A program made the position numbers and the translations under genes. Positions 1-7,900 of a stretch of DNA of 64,000 nucleotides are shown here, piece after piece (position 1 is the first letter of the stretch; every line of letters starts with the position of its first letter). The stretch is taken from NCBI GenBank assembly GCA_029938135.1, contig JAPYOO010000001.1, positions 1,638-65,637 on the forward strand. Reading direction: 5' to 3'. The stretch is from Bermanella sp. Lineage in GTDB: Bacteria > Pseudomonadota > Gammaproteobacteria > Pseudomonadales > Oceanobacteraceae. The notes under the pieces were generated by a model. The model saw nothing but the letters and a program-made list of their open reading frames with translations. It had not been told where the DNA came from and did not search any database.

Positions 1-590
1 TTATCTCCTAACAATAAAGCCCTTAACACTGGAAATGCGCTCCCTGGGATAAGATCATTTATTCGTTTGGCGAGGTCTATGTCAGAACCCATTAACTTTT
101 TGTTGTACGTATGTTTTACGTCTACCGATGCCTGAGCACTGTAGCCCTTAGAAAGCATCCATTGTCGATAATTGAATCCACTAGGGTTATGGAATGACAC
201 GATGGGTTTCAACTTAAGTGCCAGCGCCCAATTATCACCTCTTGATAATGTTAAAGGGCATTTATAACAACTCACTTTGAGCTTATTAAATGGACCGGCG
301 GGATAAAAATCGAACTCAACCCGGCCCTGCTGTTGAGATACCCGTCCTATTTCGCCTTCGAGCTGCCACTGCTGGCGTCCTTGATCTACGTTAATAGCCT
401 GACTCTGAATGTTTACCCAGTGAAACCCCACCCATAAACAACCCGCTAGAAAGGCAAACCCTAAGCGTGAGTATTGGGTGCGATAAAAGGCCCCTACAAC
501 AATTACAAAGGGACTCATTAATAGACTCAACAGAGGCCAAATACTCGCCAACAACACTCCAACACCGAAGCCTAATAGCATCCTCTTCAT
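1..590 (-). CDS. comEC: ComEC/Rec2 DNA-uptake competence protein, N-terminal part (truncated by window start)
   Basis: Absent from ORF track. Manual translation from ATG 590 is open to base 1: MKRMLLGFGVGVLLASIWP...LKLKPIVSFHNPSGFNYRQWMLSKG...LRALLLGD. N-terminal TM helices, NPxGFxYxxW motif, ALLLGD start of the competence domain. Conserved position beside DUF2062-lolD-lolE. Confidence 0.85.
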   Translation of the reverse strand, partial: MKRMLLGFGVGVLLASIWPLLSLLMSPFVIVVGAFYRTQYSRLGFAFLAGCLWVGFHWVNIQSQAINVDQGRQQWQLEGEIGRVSQQQGRVEFDFYPAGPFNKLKVSCYKCPLTLSRGDNWALALKLKPIVSFHNPSGFNYRQWMLSKGYSAQASVDVKHTYNKKLMGSDIDLAKRINDLIPGSAFPVLRALLLGD

Positions 591-681
591 AACTAGTAAG
601 TCCTATGCAATCCGTGCATAATTGTCAGCAATATTATTAAAGATCGACGCAACAGCACAAAATCATTGTTGAAGTCAGTCA

Positions 682-714
682 ATTAACACCCTATTAACAC
701 CCTGCTGTGTGTTA
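682..714. promoter_or_regulatory. Tandem 11-bp direct repeat (ATTAACACCCT x2) plus inverted GTGTTAA half-site in the comEC/DUF2062 divergent promoter
   Basis: Exact repeats at 682-692 and 693-703. TGTTAA units on the minus strand at 11-bp spacing, as for OmpR/ArcA-type boxes. Confidence 0.4.
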
Positions 715-746
715 AATATAAGCAGTACTAGGAAAATTAAAATTCC

Positions 747-1277
747 ATGCCTAAAAAAGCATTAAAAAAATTATTCCCAAACCCCAAAACCATTCAACAA
801 CACCCTTCCCTGCAATTTTTAGGCACATTACTGCACGAGCCGAATTTGTGGCATTTAAATCGGCGTTCGGTATCTAGGGCTTTTTTAGTAGGAATATTTT
901 TTGCTTTTATGCCCATGCCATTTCAAATGGTAGCGGCTGCAGCTGTGGGTGTCATAGTTCATTCAAACCTTCCAATTTCCATTGGTTTAGTTTGGATAAG
1001 TAATCCTATTACGATCCCCCCGATTTTTTACTTCACCTATAAGGTGGGCACCAGCATATTAGAAATACCCGCAAGGCCTTTTGACATTGAACTATCATTG
1101 GATTGGGCCATGCGTGAATTAGGGGCCATATGGGAGCCACTACTACTGGGATCACTTATTTGTGCTGTTATTTTTGCAAGTATAGGTTATGTGGGTATTC
1201 GAATTTTTTGGAGAATCCACGTAATTCGCGCCTGGCGGCAACGAAAGTTAAAACGCCAACAGTCCGCTAATAGTTAG
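747..1277 (+). CDS. DUF2062 domain membrane protein
   Basis: LWHLNRRSVSRAFLVG...P.P.QM...ANLPISIGLVWISNPITIPP motif. Syntenic between comEC and lolD. Confidence 0.85.
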   Translation: MPKKALKKLFPNPKTIQQHPSLQFLGTLLHEPNLWHLNRRSVSRAFLVGIFFAFMPMPFQMVAAAAVGVIVHSNLPISIGLVWISNPITIPPIFYFTYKVGTSILEIPARPFDIELSLDWAMRELGAIWEPLLLGSLICAVIFASIGYVGIRIFWRIHVIRAWRQRKLKRQQSANS

Positions 1278-1295
1278 CGGACTGGGATTTAACAA

Positions 1296-2003
1296 CTAGG
1301 CTATCGCCTTCTCTTCTCCCAAATGCAGTTTGCCTGCTTGTAAATGCAATGTGCGTTTAGCCAACGAAGCAAAATTCAAGTCATGAGTCACAACAATAAA
1401 GGCTGTTTGCAGCTGAGCGTTAAGCTCCTGCAATAAGCTTTGAATCTCTTTGGCGGTATCGGCATCTAAATTTCCCGTGGGCTCATCTAGCAGTACTAAT
1501 GCTGGTTTAGTAATTAACGCTCTTGCGATTGCCACTCGCTGGCGTTCGCCGCCGGACAATTCAGCAGGTTTATGATTAACCCGTTTTAATAATCCCACTC
1601 GCACCAGCATTTTAGAAGCCTGCTCAAGCGCCTGTTTTTTGTTAACCCCTTGAATCCATAACGGCATCGCTACGTTTTCTAAGGCGGTAAACTCTGCCAG
1701 TAAATGATGAAACTGATAAACAAACCCTAAATGGCGGTTACGTAATTTACCAAGCTTACTTTCGGTTAATAACGCAAGGTCTTCTGCCCCCCAAAATACA
1801 TGCCCACTTGAAGGCAGATCTAGACCCGCCAACATATTTAGTAGTGTTGTTTTACCTGAGCCAGATGCCCCTACAACTGAGACCCAATCTCCTGGATACA
1901 ACTCAAAATCTAATTCATCCAGCACACGAATGGACTCGGGGCCCACCTGATACTCTTTTACTAGGTTTTGACACTTTAAAACGGACTCTATATTAGATGT
2001 CAT
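1296..2003 (-). CDS. lolD: Lipoprotein-releasing ABC transporter ATPase LolD
   Basis: GASGSGKT Walker A, GFVYQFHHLL, ELSGGERQRVAIARAL, LDEPTGNLD. Overlaps the permease stop by 11 nt. Confidence 0.95.
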   Translation of the reverse strand: MTSNIESVLKCQNLVKEYQVGPESIRVLDELDFELYPGDWVSVVGASGSGKTTLLNMLAGLDLPSSGHVFWGAEDLALLTESKLGKLRNRHLGFVYQFHHLLAEFTALENVAMPLWIQGVNKKQALEQASKMLVRVGLLKRVNHKPAELSGGERQRVAIARALITKPALVLLDEPTGNLDADTAKEIQSLLQELNAQLQTAFIVVTHDLNFASLAKRTLHLQAGKLHLGEEKAIA

Positions 2004-3237
2004 AGCGCAATGCCTCTGCTGGTTTAACTTTTGAAGCTTTATAAGCTGGGTACAACGTCGCCAAAAAGCACATAATCAAACCTGACCCTGTCACAATCAA
2101 CACATCGCTTAACAATAATTGTGAAGGCAAATAACTTATAAAATAAACATTGGCATTTAAAAATTGAATGCCCAATATTTGCTCAACCCAAGCAATCACG
2201 TCCGTCACTGTAAGGGCCATCAACACGCCTAGCAACGTGCCCAGCACAATACCCACCACACCAATAATAAAACCTTGCACCATAAAAACCACCATAATGG
2301 CAGAAGGAGACATACCCAGTGTACGCATAATCGCAATATCCCCTTGTTTATCGGTCACTACCATTACGAGTGTAGAGACTATATTAAACGCAGCGACCGC
2401 GACAATAATAAGCAGCAACAAACCGATCATGGTTTTTTCCATTTTGATGGCCTGGAATAAATTACCATGGGTACGGGTCCAATCGCTTGCACGAAGACTT
2501 TCATCTAATTCAAATTGTAAGTCCCAAGCAATTTTAGGTGCCTTAAACAAATCTTCTGTTTTTAAACGCAACCCTTGAGCCGCTTTATCCATACGCGCCA
2601 GTTTGGCGGCATCTCGCATATGAATATAAGCAAAATTAGCGTCTATCTCAGCGCCAACTGAGAACACACCACTAACGGTAAATCGTTTTATTCTAGGCAT
2701 TAACCCGGCTGGCGTTAGGCTGGCCTCAGGCATTATCAGCGTTACTTTGTCTCCAAGACTGGCGCCGAGTTTTTTGGCCAATAAATCACCTAGTATTATT
2801 TGGTAACGGCCTTTGTTTAACGAATAGAAATCGCCCTGGGTCATAAAATCTGGAAGTATCGATACCTCTTTCTCCCATTCGGGCTCGATGCCATTAACCA
2901 TTACACCCTGTACTCGGCCTTTACTGCTCATCATCCCCTGGATTTGAACAAACGGAGCTGCTGCAACAACGCCCTTCTTGGCACTAACCTGCTCCGCCAA
3001 GGACTGCCAATCATCTAATCCGTCGCTAGCATACAAAGCCGCGTGTGGAACCATACCTAGGATTCGCTCGCGTAGTTCGCGATCAAAGCCATTCATTACC
3101 GACATTACCAATATTAAAACAGCCACACCCAGCGTTAACCCGGCCATGGACGTTGCAGAAATAAACGAAATAAAGTGATTGCGCCGCTTGGCACCGGTGT
3201 AACGTAAACCAATTTTTATAGGGAGTGTTTTTAACAT
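1993..3237 (-). CDS. lolE: Lipoprotein-releasing ABC transporter permease (LolC/E family, sole permease here, possibly LolF-type)
   Basis: IGLRYTGAKRRNHFISFIS, SVMNGFDRELRERILG, DKQGDIAIMRTLG, PAEALRYD. Confidence 0.93.
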   Translation of the reverse strand: MLKTLPIKIGLRYTGAKRRNHFISFISATSMAGLTLGVAVLILVMSVMNGFDRELRERILGMVPHAALYASDGLDDWQSLAEQVSAKKGVVAAAPFVQIQGMMSSKGRVQGVMVNGIEPEWEKEVSILPDFMTQGDFYSLNKGRYQIILGDLLAKKLGASLGDKVTLIMPEASLTPAGLMPRIKRFTVSGVFSVGAEIDANFAYIHMRDAAKLARMDKAAQGLRLKTEDLFKAPKIAWDLQFELDESLRASDWTRTHGNLFQAIKMEKTMIGLLLLIIVAVAAFNIVSTLVMVVTDKQGDIAIMRTLGMSPSAIMVVFMVQGFIIGVVGIVLGTLLGVLMALTVTDVIAWVEQILGIQFLNANVYFISYLPSQLLLSDVLIVTGSGLIMCFLATLYPAYKASKVKPAEALRYDI

Positions 3238-3351
3238 ATCAAAACTAATAAATAGGAAAGGGTTAAGACTAAAGAAAACCCCCAGTAAATGAAATGGTCT
3301 TAGAGAGTATTTGAGGCTAATATAGTATTAATTTGAAATATTGGAAACATT

Positions 3352-3675
3352 ATGGCCATTCGCCTCTCACTTCAGCCTAAAACCTTGCTGTTTTTAGCGT
3401 ACTTAATCGCAACAGCCACCGTACAAGCAAACGAGCCTGCCGATATGATTACGACGCACGAGCCGATAATGATTCCTCTTATAGAAAAAAGTATGAACTC
3501 TTCCGTCATAATGCCCTTAAGGGGAGATTCTCAGAATATGGTTAAAAAGGAATTTGGTGCCCCTTTTCACATGCACAAACCAAAAGGCACCCCCCCTATA
3601 AGCCGTTGGGATTTCGAAGAGTTTTCTGTATATTTTGAATCTGGCACTGTAATTCACACAGTATTAAGACGTTAG
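3352..3675 (+). CDS. Conserved small exported protein (SmpA/BamE-like pattern)
   Basis: Signal-peptide-like N-terminus. PxRGxSxxxVxxxFGxP...GxPPIxRWxxxxFSVYFE pattern. Confidence 0.6.
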   Translation: MAIRLSLQPKTLLFLAYLIATATVQANEPADMITTHEPIMIPLIEKSMNSSVIMPLRGDSQNMVKKEFGAPFHMHKPKGTPPISRWDFEEFSVYFESGTVIHTVLRR

Positions 3676-3779
3676 TACAGGTAAAAGCCACCCATTATCT
3701 TGGCGCCATTGGTCACTTTGCGCTAGGGTTGAGCTTATAGATACAAACCTAGCGCACTATTTTTAGGAGCCCCCAACAC

Positions 3780-4445
3780 ATGCTCATACTTCGCAGCTGC
3801 CTTATATTGTCTTTAACCATCGCCAGTTTTGATCTATTGGCGCAAGTTGAGGAAATGAGCAATACCGAAATGACCGAGGCCTACATTAAAGACGGCGCCA
3901 TTGTTGTAAAGCAGCGCATTCAAACCGAGCCCCGTGAAAAAAAGAAAACTGTCAATGTGACCGTCGGTCCTGGGGAACCAGCCCAAAGCGAAGCGGAGAT
4001 TGTATTTGAGCAAGATTCTCAAAATATCCAACAAAATCAAACAAACAACCGTGAGTTTTCAGTTAACACACCACAACAACAACTTAATCAATTTGAACAA
4101 GGCCAGGCTATCTCAAGTTTCATTACACCCAACTTTCAAAGTGACAGCGCCCTAGCCCAGCAAGTACGAGCGCAAAACTTAGTGCGTAGCGGACTAGGCC
4201 TGCCTGATGATACTCAAGTAACACAAGAGTTAATGGTGCAATACCTAACCACCTTTGCTGGGCAAAGCTCGGGATCTCCACTGGGGGTAACTCAAAGTAT
4301 TAGTGCTGACGGCTTTCACTTCAGCACCCCCAATCTAGGTGGACAAATACCCAGCGGCGTATTCCCTTCTGGTGACAACAGCATGAATGTGGAAGTCAAT
4401 AACCAGCAGATCATCTGGAGTCTACTGTTCCCAAAACAGCCCTAG
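3780..4445 (+). CDS. Hypothetical secreted protein, Q/N-rich middle
   Basis: 221-aa ORF with hydrophobic signal peptide and GGAG RBS upstream. No family recognised. Confidence 0.6.
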   Translation: MLILRSCLILSLTIASFDLLAQVEEMSNTEMTEAYIKDGAIVVKQRIQTEPREKKKTVNVTVGPGEPAQSEAEIVFEQDSQNIQQNQTNNREFSVNTPQQQLNQFEQGQAISSFITPNFQSDSALAQQVRAQNLVRSGLGLPDDTQVTQELMVQYLTTFAGQSSGSPLGVTQSISADGFHFSTPNLGGQIPSGVFPSGDNSMNVEVNNQQIIWSLLFPKQP

Positions 4446-4456
4446 GACATTTAAAG

Positions 4457-4666
4457 CTAGCCAAAAAGATCAAAACTAGGCCCTGCGTTTTCTTGTTCGC
4501 CCTGATCTAGCCATAATATTGGTTTACTAAAGGTCTGCTCCATTAACCGAGCTAGCGCATCATTAATATTTCTCTTACTGCCTTGCGTTAACATGCCTAT
4601 TATTTGCTCTTCATCTTTACCCAGACACAAAGCAAACGATAATTCGTCTAAAGCATTTTCTTGCAT
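4457..4666 (-). CDS. Small hypothetical protein (about 69 aa from ATG 4666; track ORF extends to 4780)
   Basis: MQENALDELSFALCLG...PSFDLFG. Fills the gap between 4445 and the carboxylase promoter. No family recognised. Confidence 0.4.
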   Translation of the reverse strand: MQENALDELSFALCLGKDEEQIIGMLTQGSKRNINDALARLMEQTFSKPILWLDQGEQENAGPSFDLFG

Positions 4667-4932
4667 GATTGCTACGGCATTCAAACGTCGTATATCGGAT
4701 AATTCCACAAGCCAAATCCAGTCAATGTAAAAGGGCATTATAACTGTGCTTGCTTGTATGAAAAAGAGCCTCGCAAGCAATAAACTTGCTCTACCTCCCT
4801 ATACTTACAACTGGTAACACTATATAGCGTCTCAAAGCTGTTTTATTTAACAATGTCTGATATAACGGAGTTTATATTGGTTTCGAACACCAGCCACCCG
4901 CAACTTAAGTTAACAATAAAGCGCCAATAGAT

Positions 4933-7900
4933 ATGTCACAATTTGATACAGACCAATTATTCCAAATAGCTGAGAAGCTTAGCCAGGATTTCTCCTTATT
5001 TCCTGAGCAAGAAGACAGCAGTTCAAGCCCCCACATTCAAGGGCTTCTGAACCCAGAGCAAGTTCAAAATAAGTTGGATACATTACAACAGCTTAATATT
5101 GACGACTACATTGCAGAAGTAGTGGCTCCTAGCGAATCCAAGCAACGCATGAATGCTAAACAGTTGGTGCATAAACTCACCAACCGCTTTATTAGTGAAC
5201 AAGAGTTCGGCCCTTTATACGTGGCCGAAGTTGAACTGTCGTTCAATAACCAGTTTCGACGAATTGGCTTTATTGGCCAAAACCGATCTGAGCAGAATGG
5301 CGCCTGGCTTCCCGAGCACCACACTCAAGCCGTGGCAGCCATGCGTGGTTTTGCTAAACACGCCACCCCAATTGTCACCCTAATCGACACACCAGGGGCT
5401 AATGCCAGCGAACAGGCGAATAAAGAGAATCAAGCACACAGTATTTCAAGACTTATTTCTGAAATGACCAACTGTGACATCCCCACCGTAGGCATTATTT
5501 TGGGCGCAGGCTACTCTGGTGGCGCTATTCCACTGGCTTCTACTAATATACTACTGTCTTTACGGGACGGAATTTTCAACACTATCCAACCACAAGGTTT
5601 GGCTAGCATTGCACGTAAATATAACTTGTCTTGGCAGGAATGCTGTAAGTACGTTGGCGTATCTGCTTATGAGCTGCTTCCTAAGAACGTCATCGACGGC
5701 ATCGTAGATTTTGCTCCCAGTGACCGCATCGACAAATTACAAAACCTGCTCAATGCCATTACTTCAAGTATTTTAAGCATTGAAAAAGGGGCCGAAAATT
5801 TCGCCCGAGAAAACCCATATTTGATGGATCATTATCAGCGCAGCGTAGAGCGATATTTAAATCCATCCGATAAACTGGCCGCTATGGAAAAAGGCTCTAA
5901 GCTCATGCTTGCGTCTTCCCCTACTGAACACCACAACTTATTTGGCATGACCTATCGCTACATGCGTTATTTGACACTTCGCAAACGCATCTCTTCTACT
6001 ACGATTGGCCACTACAGCCGACTAGCCGAAGTTGAAGTGCCTAGTGGCAAGCTCATCGAACGCCAGGCAGAAGAAAAACGTAAAAAATTCCAAAAATGGC
6101 TTCAGGCACCGGATAAAATTCGTTATGACGACGAACTTAACAAGCTATGGAAAAACTATTGCCAAAAAAATGAAGAGCGCGGTGAGACTCGCGGCTCTAT
6201 ATCTAGCTTATTCTTTGGTGAACCAGAAGATAACTATCAGAAATCCAAACAGGACTTCAGCTTTTACTTAGGTCTATACCTTTTTAATCGCTGGAAGTCA
6301 GATGCTGACGTGAATTTTGCAGAGCTTATTAATTACCTGCAAAATGAGCAGCAAAACCGCTACCTATTGGTTCAAGACGACCTAGTTGATAGCCAATCCA
6401 TATTGAACTTTATCAAGAAGAAAGATCACAAATTAGCCAGCTTCATCTTCAGTAAGCTTGATTATGATACTCAGGCATTATTAGCTGAATATCAGGTAGA
6501 TCCTAGCAAAGCATTATTGACAGGGCTTACAGAAAGTCTCAATAACATCATCGATGGTGAGATTGTTCCTGAAGACGTAAGCAGCAGCATTAGCTTAAAC
6601 ACACACACCCAGCAATTACTTAACAGTGTGGCCAGTGGCTCTAATGAAGTTAACCGCCGCATCCTTGAAGACGCACTTGCACCTTATTTGCGTGTTAAAA
6701 ACAATAATGAATCCACCAAACAAACTGACGCCACTGTACTTGATGCAATATTAACCGATGATTTACGTAGCGATTTCATCAGCATCAGCCAAAACCTCAT
6801 TATGTTTGGTAAGCTTTATGACTTTGTCATTAATAATTTGGTAAAAATAGCCAAGGAAGCCAAAGAAACTCACAACTTATCATTCCAAGCGGTTAATGAT
6901 TTAATAAGCCAAGGCCTGGAGCACACCAACCAATTAAGTATTGCGCAAGATCACAAAGAGGAATTTGCCAATTGGTTTAAATACTTCATTGCCTCAAGTC
7001 AAAGAGGTGAGTTCTTAATACAGGTTGAAGAGTGGAAAAAGAACAGCTTTCCGCGTATCAGCGACACCTTGTTTGTAATCATCACTTTTTTCTTCGAAAA
7101 GTTATTACCCGAGTATTACCAATCGAACGAGGGGCAAAATTATAACGGCCGCATCAATCCTTATAGCATTGGCCGTAAGAAAGATTTTTGGAACCGTTTA
7201 ACCATCGCCTATTTTGACTTGCTTATTCAAGATGTTATTGACGGTGTAAAAAGGAAAAAAGCCACTAAGGCACGTGCATTTGTTGATCGTTTCTTTAATG
7301 ACTTTGAAGAAATCAATGATCACTTAATGACCTCGGACCCGGTTCAATTCCCAGGTTTTAGAGCCTCTATCGAAAAGGCGCTAAGCAATGACATTACCCC
7401 GTGTGGTGTTATTACCGGATTTGCTACCATAAAAGTGGGCAATGAAAGTCGCCGTATAGGTACATTAATTTCTAATTTGGATTTCCAAGCCGGTGCTTTT
7501 GATATGGCCAGCGCCGAGAAATTTTGTAAACTTATGGTGGAGTGTGCTCGCCATAACTACCCTATTGTTTGTTTTGTTTCTTCTGGCGGCATGCAAACTA
7601 AAGAAGGCGCTTCTGCACTTTTCTCCATGTCCGTCGTGAATGACCGTATTACACGCTTTGTTCGTGATAATGACTTGCCGGTTGTAGTATTTGGTTATGG
7701 TGACTGTACAGGTGGCGCACAAGCCAGCTTCGTGACACACCCTTTAGTACAAAGCTTTTACTTCTCAGGCACCAACATGCCTTTTGCCGGGCAAATAGTT
7801 GTACCGTCATACTTACCATCCACCGCGACACTATCGAACTACTTATCTACCAATGATGGCAGCATGGTCGATCTAGTGAAACATCCATTTGTGGAAGATT

